Of a DNA stretch of 64,000 nucleotides, positions 41,013 through 52,405 are shown piece by piece. The DNA lies in NCBI RefSeq assembly GCF_001194135.2, contig NC_068986.1, positions 82,849,665 through 82,913,664 of the forward strand. Reading direction: 5' to 3'. This DNA comes from Octopus bimaculoides. Its lineage: Eukaryota. Each line of letters opens with the position of its first letter. Position 1 is the first letter of the stretch. Both the position numbers and the translations under genes were made by a program. Below the pieces are notes generated by a model. It worked only from the letters and a program-made list of their open reading frames with translations, had not been told where the DNA came from and searched no databases.

Positions 41013-41300
41013 GTGAGTGTATTGTTCATTGTAAATATTAATTTTGACTATATGGTTTTTGACCACTCCTCTTTTCTGAGCAAAGCCTATGCATAACTTA
41101 CACGTGTATATAGCTCAGAAAAAATGAATGATCATACATATATTCTCATATACACACACACCTAGGTGAGTGTATTGTTCATTGTAAATACTAATCTTGT
41201 CTATATGATCTTTGACCATTCTTCTTTTCTGAGCAATACATATGCATATGCTCACATGTGTATACAGCTCAGAAAAAATGAATGGTCATACATGTATTCC
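41013..41300 (+). repeat. Two-copy 153-bp tandem duplication, each unit containing a long hairpin
   Basis: GTGAGTGTATTGTTCATTGTAAATA starts at both 41013 and 41166; internal inverted arms 41060-41081/41113-41134 and 41213-41234/41267-41288. Confidence 0.85.
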
Positions 41301-41369
41301 TGCACTCTCACACATGCACTCATGCATGCTTGCACACACACCTTCATTCATTCTTTCTTTGTCTTTCAG

Positions 41370-41467
41370 GCTCTAAAGAACGTTTCAAAATAGAGCTAAG
41401 AAGGCCAAAAGGGCAAGTGTTTAGGCCATAGTCATCACCAAGCCTAGGAAACAGCACACAACAGCAG
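41370..41467 (+). other. Candidate non-coding (5' UTR) exon
   Basis: Acceptor TTCTTTCTTTGTCTTTCAG|G and donor CAG|GTGGGT; 98 nt with stops in all three frames. Confidence 0.3.
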
Positions 41468-42279
41468 GTGGGTTTGTTTAACTCTTTCCAATGAAATCAT
41501 TTATTTAGAATTGATATTCACAATTGATAATAAAACTGAAGGAAATATTTGTAATTTTTATTAACACCTTGTATGACTCATTTGTTATTTCACACACATT
41601 TTCTTTCTCTGCCTATTTGATCTCTCTGGTCCCTTTTCTCTCTCACTTTCTCTCCCCTGCTGTATCATCCTCCCTATCTACCTCTCTGTCCTTCAGTCCT
41701 TTCCCTGATAAATTGCCAATCAGTTATATCTACAATTGCTACACACCTTCCATATATTCCTTTATCAAACTTTTATCACAAATAAGAATTGAATCTAAAA
41801 AGATATATTCCTCACCATACTAAGAAATTACATTGAAGTATAAATACACAGTTTAAAATGTCCCGGTGTAGTTACAGACTTCTTTATTACATTAATAAGC
41901 CAGTACTGTGAAAAAATAGGCCAGCTAATATTTAGCTGATCTGATCAGTTTGAAATACTATTAACAATGATGAAATTAAACCCATCTTTTCATTTGTTAG
42001 CTAACACCACACCATTAACTTCCAAGTCACATGATCTGAATCATGTCTAGAATCTTAGTGTAAAATTGCCACAATGAAATGGTAGCCTATTAAAAATGAT
42101 TCCAGTTGTTGTGGTACTTCTACACTGAGAAATCGGGGTATTTATGAACATAAATTTATAGGGACAAAGATGAAAGATAACCTAATGTAATGTTACATGA
42201 CATGTTCCAAATTCTTTTTCATTTCTCTGTAACATTATTGACAACACTAACAAGACAGATAAGTCTGGTCCAGGAAATA

Positions 42280-42960
42280 TAAAGGTCATGGCTCTAGCTG
42301 TCAACCACAGTGATTTAGAGATCATCAGCTTCTTGAACAAGGATAGATCTTTTGTGTTCAGATTTGAGAAAGAATGGGAGACCTGCAAAAGAGGTGTCGT
42401 TTCTGGCCAAGAGAAAGAAATATTTTTAGTGGTCAGACATTATCATGATGGCTAAATTTTTATCCAGCAGGTCATGAAAGCCATTGAGGCCCATTGCCAA
42501 GCATTGCTGGGGTGGTGGAATCCACTATCAGGTATGTGGTGCAGAAGGTCATCAGGTCCAGGTGCAATGTGATGAGGGTGAAAACCATATGATTTTGTTG
42601 AAACTCTTGCTGAACAAGCTCAAGCACCTCAAGAAATCCACTTCAACCAGGGCCAGAACAGAATGTATGACAAGTGGTTCTGCAATGCCCATGACAATGC
42701 ACACCAAGTTCCTACCCTGCTGATGATCTTGGGCTATGAGCAATGGGGGTTGTATCATGCATTTCATTTCTTCACACAGCCTCAGGATCATTACCATTGC
42801 CTGCATGGAGGTACTGGACACAGGGGTCAAATTCAGGAATGAGGAGATGGGCCAGGATGGAAAGGCAGTTTTGTTGATGCTTCATTAAACCTTCCTTCCC
42901 AACCATTTCTTTTCAATAATGATTCTTTGCAATGAGAATCTCCCCAGATAGGAACTGTAA
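42280..42960 (+). mobile_element. maT (DD37D-type) Tc1/mariner transposase remnant
   Basis: MALAVNHSDLEIISFLNKDRSFV, LLNKLKH, MHTKF, AMSNGGCIMHF..LRII..MEVLDTGVK match the maT transposase motif series; multiple frameshifts. Confidence 0.7.
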
Positions 42961-45324
42961 ATGTTGTCATGGTGACCAGTGCTGGAATGGTATTATTGAT
43001 TGAGAAATTACTGCAAAACAACTGTCAAGAGAAAGGCAATTCTCTGAGGCTTAAGTTTTCCATTATATGGTATTGTTGTAACTGTCAACTGTTTGACATT
43101 ATATCATTGTTTCTGAAGAATATATTGTAACCTGTGTCTACTGGACAGTATTGTACACATTGAAGACATACATGTCTTCTTGATATTATTGCATCTCTTT
43201 CAATAGTAATATATACTTTATACACACACCTGTGCAGCAACTTTGTCTGCATCTTTACTGAAATACTTGTTTATTTTCCCTGCTGTTATATCTTTGTAAT
43301 TATACCTGGCTGCTTCTTTTTTTTTTTCTTTTGTTATTTTCACAATCTTTTATTATTCCCAACAAAAGGATTGCTTTAATTTATGTTTTCTATTACGTTG
43401 CTGTTATCTGTTGCAATGTCATGGCTTTGATGTTGCTGTATTACTGCATGTTCTCATAGAAATAGCAGGCAAAGATCAACAGACTGGTAATAACAATTAT
43501 GATAATGGTGATGATAATATTTCTATAATAATATTGCAGCTTTAAAAAAAAAACACTTTTTATTTTCTTATTTTAAGTTTAAATTTTTAAGTAAAATTTG
43601 TTTTGTCTTGTTTCATTTTTGCTTGTTTTGTTTTGTTTTTTTTCTTGTTTTTTAATCTAAAATGAAGCAATTTGATATAGAATTTTTAATAGAAATAAAA
43701 ATGAATTTGTTATCCAAGTATAATGTTAATTGGTTATACATGTCAGGAGGAGAAAAGAAATTTGAGGAGTTGAAATAAATAATTCAAATGTAGATGACAA
43801 GAGTAAGTCTATTGTTATAGCAGGTATTTACTGGAGTTAAAGTTATAGCAGTATTGGAGACAATCTCTCAGCAAAGCAATGAAGAAAATCTACTCTGATG
43901 CTCAAGCTGTAATAGTGACTAAACCTTCCTGAAATTACAACCTTTGTCTTAAAAAGAAAAGAGAAATTGATTAATGTTGCTCTAAAAGTAAGATGGTGTA
44001 GTCATGAATGGAATGCCTTTGATCATATTTCTGCTTGATGAAGATTGTCCTGGGGCTAAAACTACAACTTTTGGAGGGTTTTTTTTTATTCATGTTACCG
44101 AGTGTCACATAATTCTTAGTGAAAGATAGTTTTTTCTATTCTTTCTTTTGAAAACAAGGAATATCTCAACTGTACAGATTACTGATTCCAAGCTTGGTGG
44201 TGCTGAAACAGAAGCAGAAGTTTTAAAATATTGAGATTAAAATGATATTACAAAAAGCATTGGACAATTTTGTATCATACCTCCTCAAGTTTCCCGTCCT
44301 TCCCACTTAGGACGCTGACCCTCTAGAATTCTCTTCCTGCACATGTTTTCTCCTGCAGCCATCACCTTGTTCAAAAATAGCATTAACCATGTCAATCTCT
44401 GGCCCCTTTTTCCTAGTCTAATAAAAAACAAAAAAAAAATAGAACTCACTGCTGTTGTTAAGATGTGACATTTCAACAAATCTTTCATGCTGGCATGGGT
44501 TGGATGGTTCAACAGGATCCAACAAGATGGAGAACTGCATCGAGCTCCAGAGTTTTGACCTCATACCAATATAAAGAGTCAAACTAACTAATATTATCCC
44601 AGTTCTTCTTTTATTTATTTATCAAGTTTTATTTCATTTGTTGATGATGTATAAAAAATGCAGCAGCAGCAACACCATCATCATCATCATCATCATTGCT
44701 ATCATCACAATTATCATCCTCAGCATTTATTCTTTATTTGTTTCTCTAAAATGTCCCTAATTCTAGGTTTCATTTATTAATGTTGTTTGTTTTTCAAAGA
44801 CATTAATGAATTCTGCTGGTTGGATTCCTTTCATCCTGATTGTTGGAAATTTTAGAAATGTGTGTCTAGCATGTGTTGAGAATGACTGAAGATTTGTGGG
44901 GCCAAATGGCAACAGATTGGCAGAATTGTTAAAGCATTGGACAAAATACTTTCTGATATTTGTTTTTGTCTTTTTTATTTGAGTTCAAATACGACAAAAG
45001 TCAAATTTACCTTTTATCCTTCCACTGTCAATAAAATAAAGTACCATTCAAGTAGTGTGGTTGATTTGGTTGACTGATATTGATGTCTGTCATGCTTTCA
45101 CAAGGAATATGATAGAACATGACTGTTTTTAATGATGTGTGTATTTTAAGATTTTAAAATACATAATTAAATAATGTCTGACACAAATGGACAAAAGAAA
45201 AATCAAGTGGCTAAAGCCAGATTAAAATTCATGATTATTTAATATATATTATATTTCTTTCTTTTTTATTTTTCCAATTGACAATATTTATTCTGAATTG
45301 TCTTTTAATGATTATAAAATCTAA

Positions 45325-45347
45325 ATAATTGCTTATGTATTTTTCAG
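45325..45347 (+). promoter_or_regulatory. 3' splice acceptor of the zinc-finger exon
   Basis: T-rich tract ending TATGTATTTTTCAG|G immediately before the ORF; the exon would start at 45348, in frame (phase 0) with the long ORF. Confidence 0.7.
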
Positions 45348-45374
45348 GTTTTATTGGATAAGAATGGCATCTTG

Positions 45375-48300
45375 ATGATGGGCCAAAGTCCCTCCGCAGA
45401 CCAACCAAATATCTTGGGAAATCACACTACAGCTAACACCACGGCAAATCAAACCAGTATCGAATCGGATAATTCGCACACTGAGCTGAAAGCCCAGCTA
45501 CAATGCGATGGCAAAGGCATGAAGACTTGTTTAGAACTGGTCTTATCGATGAAAAATGGTAAATCTGCCAATGTGGAACCATCAACGGATACCGATGAAC
45601 AAAAGCAGTCAAAACAGAAAGGTGAAAATTGGGTCAAAGAAACTGATTCTAATCATGGCCCAGATGCTAAATCAACAGAGGAGCAGCAACAGCAGCAATC
45701 AGTGGCTTCAAAGACTTCATCACCAAACAGTTGTGAGAAGGAAGCAACAGATATGAAACTTGGAAAATCTGATTCAGCTAATAACCAGAACAAACCAAAG
45801 TTTTCAGATGATACCAAAAGACTTGTGTTCAATAAAAATGCTAATCTACATGATGCAATTGGGGCTCTAATACGTAACTGTATTACAGAAACAAGCTTTC
45901 CACATGACGATGTCCAAGATAACCAACTGGAGAACAGACAAAATAAAGAAGTGTCTTCTGCTGGCATCTTGCCAGAAAAAAAGATTTCAATGAATGCTTC
46001 CTCTTATAAAAATTATGAATCAAATGTTGACAATTCCTGGAAATCTTCAGGCAGCTATTATTCTGACCATGGCCAGTCTGTGTCTGCTGGAAACAGACAT
46101 GGACAGGATTTTGAATGCATCGAAACTGTTGCTCCAACTTCCAAGTCTTGGAGGGGTTCTGGTGAGATTGCCCGGAATGGCAACCAACCCTCAAAACAGA
46201 TGTCAATCTCTCCAAGATCTGACATGATACATAAAGAAAAAATATATTCTTCAACAGAAACATCTGTAAAAACTTGTGGATCTCACGCAATAAATACCAG
46301 TGGACAAAGTGTTGTCCAGTTACAGGCATTCATTGATAAATGTCTTGAAAATACGTGGCAACAACAAAAAGTAGGTGTCAGTGAAAAGTTAAATGTTATC
46401 GGTAAAGGTCAGTTTTCTTACAACAACAACGAGCAACTGGGAGATCAATCCCAGCTTCACACTTCAAATGGCCATCTAGAAGAAATTTGTTATCCAGCAG
46501 ATAGAAACCACCATTCACAGCAACTTTACCACCAAAACACACAGTCTGCTTTAGGATACTTTACTGATCGCAATGGACTTGATCCTACTCTGAGGAAAGA
46601 CATAAATGATGGAAAATATATTAATCCGTATCAACTTAACCAGAAAAATGTCATGGAAAGTGTGCGACAACAACAACAGCAACAACAACAACATTACTAT
46701 TCCACAAATGAAATGTCCGCTATGGCACCGCTTAGTCATTCTTACCCCAATATGACTAACCAAATTCATTCTGGTTCAGTTAAACAAAACCAACACAATA
46801 CCAGTGATGGATTTGAGAGTGCTTTTGATGCCAAAGAGCTGATAAATAAAATATCATGTCAAGCAAGGGCTATCAATAAGTTTTTCAGCAACTCTGGTGA
46901 ACCAACTGAACTATCTTACCACCATCCTGCTAAGATGGCTCCCCATTTGGCTATGAAAGTAGTTGATTCCCATGTTGACTATGCAAGTAAAAACCGAGGT
47001 ATGCACTCCCCAGCTAGTAGTCCATCTCAGGGGATGAACCGAAGTCAAGAGAACCCAGTAGCTAGTCTGCAGAATCACAAGCAACGGATCATCTCTGAAG
47101 AACGTAGTGCTAGTTTTGTTGAACGGTTGAATCATGCTACAGTTGGTAAAGAACAGCCTGCTATTCTATCACCCTACCGACAATCTAAAGAAGACTCTAC
47201 TAATTTAACTGATAATCAACAAAGAATTGCTCGCATGCACAGTGGACATTCCAGTTCTGATCTAATGCTTAGAGGAGCACAATCTCATTCACTACCTGTG
47301 TATGGTGCAAAAGATCATGCAGCTGAACGTTTGGCATATTATCAAACATCTCCAGTTATTACACCCTCAACAAATAATAATAGTGGTGTTAGTGGCAGTA
47401 ATTCTTCTAGTGTTAGTACCCAGTCAAAATCAATGGAACGGATTCTGCCATTATCAGCACAACAAACTCCATACATGCACACACCTACAGGTGTGATAAA
47501 ATGGGATGACCCTGTTGGTCTGAATGCACGTTATCATCAGATCTCCCCTTCAGCTGGACAGAATGTCAAAATGAGGACTGGTGTCCATGGTCTTCCGAGT
47601 CCACAAGAGGGAGATTATATTAATGGAGTTTCCATTTCAAAAACTCATTCGCCTCGCACTCATTCTAATTCATCACAACTTGGGGGTATGGTCACATCTT
47701 CTTTCCTGTCTTCATCTTCAACCCCATTAATTCCCCAGAAAGACAATCCTAACCCCATTTCCACCAACACTAAGCTACCATCTCTTTATGTTGATACTTT
47801 AAATAATACTGCTGCAGCAAATACCTCAGCTCTACGTTCAGCAAATCCTGCAGGCACATCAGTTCCACAGCGAAGACATACTGTTTCTGATATTGCAAAC
47901 TATTCTTCCGAGCCTACTAAACTAGCTTCTACTAGCTTGCGGCCTCTGTCAGCCCCTGATGTTGCTGTCATCTCATCCAACTCTTTAACAATTTCTGGTA
48001 TTCCTCATGCTACACGAACTGAGCCAGAGAATGTACTTGACCTCTCGGTGAAGTGCAAGGCTCCAAATGCATTGGAAAGTACTGCACCCAATGCCAACCT
48101 TCCTGCTGTTTCTGCTGTTGCTAGTGCAACTTCTAATTCCCAGTCTGTTTCCAATCAAGACCACCCCCTTGATTTATCCAAAAAGAAATCTGAAGAACAG
48201 CTGTATATGGTGGGAAGTGGTAAAGGAAGAGAGATGGTCTCTCCAGGAGGTAGTTTCCATCCTGGGACAGTAGGGAAATCCGTTCCAGCTAATATTTTAT

Positions 48301-50516
48301 TGAAACATTTAGAGTACAGTGTACAGAAGTATTGTAGTAATATTGGTAACTCAAGTGGAGAGAGAATTACTACTGCAGCTACACAGCATTCCCTACACCA
48401 TCCAGTACAACAACAACATCAACAACAACAACCATCACCAAGTCAATCTCAGCATTATCCACTCCACCCACACCACCAACAGCAGCAGCAGCAGCAGCAA
48501 CAACAACAACAACAAAGTCCGCACACACAACACTTACATCTTGGTTATCAAAAGCAAGCACTGGCTTCTCCACAAATGATGCTATTGTCTCAACAATCCC
48601 GTAACGCAGACATGGTGTTACACCCTCAAGGTCAATATATCGGACGTAAAGACTTGCAACAACACGGTTACCTGAGTCCAGATGGTTCTAGGCACCCCTC
48701 ACAACAAACATACCCAGTTTTCCGACAGCCTACACTTCCAGCTCTTTCTACAAAAGCTGTATCCCATATATCCCAGCAGCAGCAGCAACAACAACAGCAA
48801 CTACAACAGCAGCAACAACAGCAGCAACTACAACAGCACCATCCACAACAACAGCAACAGACTTCTCAATTACAACAACAGCAACAGCAATCTCAATTAC
48901 GGCACCAACCACCACAACAGTCTCAACAACAACAGCAACAGCAACAACAAACCCACCTCACTAACACTCAGCAACAACAAAATGTTGTTGTTCATCAAAC
49001 CCAATCAACTAATGCAGCTTCACACAATGTCAGTGCCTACACAACTCAAGACTCACCTCAAAGATCTGCCAAAACTTTTGGCACTACTAATGATAAATCA
49101 GATACTAACAGTTCCAAGAAACATGATATCTCCAAGCATGAACCAGTACAAAATCTACTTGGCAGCCATGCCCCTGATGATGTTCTTTATCTTATCTGTA
49201 AGTTATGTGGTCAGACTTATGGGAGTCCGTACAGTTTTAGGAAACATTTCCGCAACCAGCATGGTTTTGAACCTCGTCCCCACCACACAGTAGTCCAGTC
49301 AATATCTGCTACCATATCATTATTAAAAAGTAAACCTTCCGATGGCAGCACCATTGTTAAAAGTGAAGACTCACTTCAGACAAGAAATATTGATGATAGT
49401 CTTACTGATATTAAAAAGATGAGCACTGAAGACAAGAAATTTGCCATGGAACTATCTACCGCCAACAATTCTTCATTTAAGGAGAGTGAAGAAGATGGAT
49501 TGTCTCAAAATAGAAATCTTCTTGATAGTCAAATTTCAGGTGAAGAAGAAACCAAGTTTCTTGAATGTCCTGAATGTGGTAAGCAGTTTCAACTAAATGA
49601 TTTTGGATCCTATAAAAAACATTGCCGGTCTCATGAACGAAACAAACATGGTGGAGCAATTTCAGAATATGCATTTGAAATATCGGCACCAATGTGGAAA
49701 CATAATCTACCTGCTGATACAGAGGGGAGGCAGTGTTCTTCTGTACCCACTCCTGAAAGTATATCAAAAGAACGCTGTCCATCAGACTCAGGCTCCAGTA
49801 TTTCTGTTGACCGTATTCTCAGACCAAACTCTTATAGTTTTGATGCATCAAAATCAGAATTATCTAGCAGATCACCATCTGTTAGCTCTCAAAATGATAC
49901 TGCTGATGAGAAGTTAACTCTGCTCCCTTCTGTTGTAAACATTAAACATGAAAGTGAGGAATTGTATACAGAACAATTAAGTAAACAGAGTAACTCAGAG
50001 TGGCGAAGGGTTAGCATTAAAACTGAAGGGAAATGCCATGACTCTAAAGAAACAGAACAAACTGCTAGTGTTAGTGAAGACAATTGGTATCCATCTGACG
50101 ATTCCAGCGATGAACACCGGTTAAAAATTGTTATGTCTGAGCTGGATGAGAGTAATCATGGAGTGTCTGTGAAAAAAGAAGAGGAGGCAGACAAACTGTC
50201 TACAGATAAAGACTGCACTATTACTGTTGACTCTTCAGAAAATGTCTGTGATCAAATGAATAAATCAGAAGAGAAGGACGATAACATTGTGAACAGCAGT
50301 AATTCCTCTAAAATTTCATCAGATAAAAGACAATCAGATAGTAGTGATGTAGGATGTGACAAACAAACTGAAGATACTGACAGTGAAATGTTTACGTATC
50401 GGCATAAGAAATTTCAAAAATTTGGAACTCAGTTTAAACGAAAAGATTGTAAAACAACTGAATCCCAAAACTCTTCTGTTGATAAAAAACGCCAGAAATT
50501 CTCTGAAGTTGGATGA
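45375..50516 (+). CDS. Large polyQ-rich C2H2 zinc-finger protein (~1,713 aa), probable transcriptional repressor, encoded in one giant exon
   Basis: Uninterrupted 5.1-kb ORF in otherwise stop-rich DNA. First in-frame ATGs at 45375 and 45378 (the latter has A at -3 and G at +4); the ORF track's 45354 start is a TTG. C2H2 fingers: C-x2-C-x12-H-x4-H (49197-49262) and C-x2-C-x14-H-x3-H (49566-49634). VLDLS (48033-48047) and PLDLS (48165-48179) motifs, polyQ region, C-terminal KKRQKF. The N-terminus could extend into an upstream exon via the acceptor at 45347. Confidence 0.9.
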   Translation: MMGQSPSADQPNILGNHTTANTTANQTSIESDNSHTELKAQLQCDGKGMKTCLELVLSMKNGKSANVEPSTDTDEQKQSKQKGENWVKETDSNHGPDAKSTEEQQQQQSVASKTSSPNSCEKEATDMKLGKSDSANNQNKPKFSDDTKRLVFNKNANLHDAIGALIRNCITETSFPHDDVQDNQLENRQNKEVSSAGILPEKKISMNASSYKNYESNVDNSWKSSGSYYSDHGQSVSAGNRHGQDFECIETVAPTSKSWRGSGEIARNGNQPSKQMSISPRSDMIHKEKIYSSTETSVKTCGSHAINTSGQSVVQLQAFIDKCLENTWQQQKVGVSEKLNVIGKGQFSYNNNEQLGDQSQLHTSNGHLEEICYPADRNHHSQQLYHQNTQSALGYFTDRNGLDPTLRKDINDGKYINPYQLNQKNVMESVRQQQQQQQQHYYSTNEMSAMAPLSHSYPNMTNQIHSGSVKQNQHNTSDGFESAFDAKELINKISCQARAINKFFSNSGEPTELSYHHPAKMAPHLAMKVVDSHVDYASKNRGMHSPASSPSQGMNRSQENPVASLQNHKQRIISEERSASFVERLNHATVGKEQPAILSPYRQSKEDSTNLTDNQQRIARMHSGHSSSDLMLRGAQSHSLPVYGAKDHAAERLAYYQTSPVITPSTNNNSGVSGSNSSSVSTQSKSMERILPLSAQQTPYMHTPTGVIKWDDPVGLNARYHQISPSAGQNVKMRTGVHGLPSPQEGDYINGVSISKTHSPRTHSNSSQLGGMVTSSFLSSSSTPLIPQKDNPNPISTNTKLPSLYVDTLNNTAAANTSALRSANPAGTSVPQRRHTVSDIANYSSEPTKLASTSLRPLSAPDVAVISSNSLTISGIPHATRTEPENVLDLSVKCKAPNALESTAPNANLPAVSAVASATSNSQSVSNQDHPLDLSKKKSEEQLYMVGSGKGREMVSPGGSFHPGTVGKSVPANILLKHLEYSVQKYCSNIGNSSGERITTAATQHSLHHPVQQQHQQQQPSPSQSQHYPLHPHHQQQQQQQQQQQQQSPHTQHLHLGYQKQALASPQMMLLSQQSRNADMVLHPQGQYIGRKDLQQHGYLSPDGSRHPSQQTYPVFRQPTLPALSTKAVSHISQQQQQQQQQLQQQQQQQQLQQHHPQQQQQTSQLQQQQQQSQLRHQPPQQSQQQQQQQQQTHLTNTQQQQNVVVHQTQSTNAASHNVSAYTTQDSPQRSAKTFGTTNDKSDTNSSKKHDISKHEPVQNLLGSHAPDDVLYLICKLCGQTYGSPYSFRKHFRNQHGFEPRPHHTVVQSISATISLLKSKPSDGSTIVKSEDSLQTRNIDDSLTDIKKMSTEDKKFAMELSTANNSSFKESEEDGLSQNRNLLDSQISGEEETKFLECPECGKQFQLNDFGSYKKHCRSHERNKHGGAISEYAFEISAPMWKHNLPADTEGRQCSSVPTPESISKERCPSDSGSSISVDRILRPNSYSFDASKSELSSRSPSVSSQNDTADEKLTLLPSVVNIKHESEELYTEQLSKQSNSEWRRVSIKTEGKCHDSKETEQTASVSEDNWYPSDDSSDEHRLKIVMSELDESNHGVSVKKEEEADKLSTDKDCTITVDSSENVCDQMNKSEEKDDNIVNSSNSSKISSDKRQSDSSDVGCDKQTEDTDSEMFTYRHKKFQKFGTQFKRKDCKTTESQNSSVDKKRQKFSEVG
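48410..48975 (+). repeat. Coding polyglutamine region (mixed CAA/CAG codons)
   Basis: Several Q runs in the ORF translation, encoded by interleaved CAA/CAG and interrupted by H/L/P/S/T codons. Confidence 0.9.
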
Positions 50517-51077
50517 AAAATTCTAATTCTTTAAAGAGAATTTTTGTTTTGTTTTTGTTTTTTTATTTTTTTATACCTTTGTCACTGTGAAGGTATGACA
50601 GGAATTAACAGTGATTTGGCACATTGTTTTGTCAATACTGGTTAAATAACACAATTCTAACATCAAGTGATGGAAAGACATTTGTAACCAAATTGTGATG
50701 ATTATGAAGATGATGATGTTAATAATCATAATTAATGATTTGTTTGTTTTTGTTTATACTTTTTCCCCCCAAAAGAATTCTGCTAGAATTGATTTTCAAC
50801 TACTGCCAGAGTGATTGTGTAAATCTCACCTTACATCACATTGTGAATTTGTACAAAGATTATGGTTAGATGTGGAGTTTACTGAACAGGAATATAATGA
50901 ATTCCTTCTCATATTTTTAGTATTGTATCTGTTCTAAAGGTACCTTGTTGCTGATCTTCCTCCTCCTTCTCCTTCCTTTTCTCTCTGCTCCCAGTCTCTC
51001 TTTACTCCTTTTTTTTTTATGATTTTTCTCTCCCATCCATTCCACCAGCTGCATTTTCCTCAACTGTTTACTATAAG

Positions 51078-51119
<42 letters not shown>

Positions 51120-51176
51120 CATGAGGGAAATGCTAGTTGTCTCAACATAAAGTCACCATAATTCTTTCTGAAGGGA

Positions 51177-51182
51177 AATAAA
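51177..51182 (+). promoter_or_regulatory. Candidate polyadenylation signal for the zinc-finger gene
   Basis: AATAAA ~660 nt after the stop, followed by T-rich sequence and before the SINE cluster; not unique, inference only. Confidence 0.25.
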
Positions 51183-51844
51183 CCAGATTTACCCTGAATC
51201 ATTAAATCATGACAGTCTTTTCAGTTTTCAATAATGTTTTGGTGATAAGCTTTAAGAAGTTATTTTAGCAAAATATTGAAGGGAAATGAATATAATTTTG
51301 AACCAAACAAATAAGAGAAATATTTCCTTAGAGCAAAAGACATCAGCATTTTCATATGCATTCTTTTCTTTTTAGACATGTAAATTATTATTTTTATTAT
51401 TATAACTGACGTGATGAGTTGGCAGAATCATTAGAGCATAAGAAAAAGTGCTTTGTTCCAGCTCTTTACATTCTCAGTTCAAATTCTACTGAAGCCATGT
51501 TTGCCTTTCATCCTGTCAGGATTAATAAAATAAAGTACCAATCAGGTACTGGGATCAATGGTATCAACTACTCTCCTTTCCCTCAAAACTTCTAGGTTTG
51601 TGCTAAAATTTTAAACTATTATTATTATTATACAAGGTGACGAACTTGCAGAATTGTTAGCATGTCAGGCAAAATGCTTAGCGAACTTTACATTCTGAGT
51701 TCAAATTCCACTGAGGTCGACTTTGTCTTTCATCCTTCCAGGGTCAATAAAATAAGTACCAGTTAAATACTGGGGTCGATGTAATCGATGTACCCCTTCC
51801 CCAAAAATTTCAGGCCTTGTACCTATAGAAAAAAGAATTATTAT

Positions 51845-52165
51845 TATTATATGAAAACTCACAGCTTATTTTGCTGGGCATGATGGTAAGTGTCAACTGT
51901 CCACAGCCAGCAGACTAAGGTGACACTTGTTTACTGGTCAGGCTTCAAGAACTCTGCGAAGAATTCTTGCAGTTCCAAGCAATGCTGATTTTTGTAGGTG
52001 TCCTACCTTCACACTTGCACCAATCTTTTTCAGCCATGTTGGTAATTGAGTGCTGATACTTCCAAGTGCACCAATTACTATTGGTATCACGTCTACTCTC
52101 TTCATTGGCCACAACCTTCGTATTTCCCACTTTAGATCATCATAGTTGTTTATTTTTTTCTTCTT
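51845..52165 (-). mobile_element. Dong/R4 LINE 3' end with (TAA)n tail
   Basis: KINNYDDLKWEIRRLWPMKRVDVIPIVIGALGSIST..LQKSALLGTARILRRVLEA*, a short 3' UTR, then (TAA)n. Confidence 0.85.
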
Positions 52166-52191
52166 TCACATTGCTGACAATTACAGACCAA

Positions 52192-52194
<3 letters not shown>

Positions 52195-52226
<32 letters not shown>

Positions 52227-52405
52227 CACTCAACAGATTAGATTGTTGGAAAAGAAAAGAATCCTAACATCGGGCTACAAGTTACCTTAGATGCCAAGAA
52301 CCTTCCAAAGTATCCTAGCTTCTGCAACTGTACTAAACTGGGTTTTATGCCTATTTCCTCTATCCATCTGTTCAGATCTTTAGGGACAGTTCCCAATGCA
52401 CCTTT
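52195..52405 (-). mobile_element. Second Dong/R4 LINE 3' end with (TAA)n tail
   Basis: GALGTVPKDLNRWIEEIGIKPSLVQLQK..ARILWKVLGI*, followed by a 3' UTR and (TAA)n at ~52195-52225. Confidence 0.75.

Noticed and set aside
48682-49293. 203-aa poly-N/S ORF and other short ORFs overlapping the big CDS on either strand
   Set aside because: Shadow frames of the CAA/CAG-rich coding sequence.
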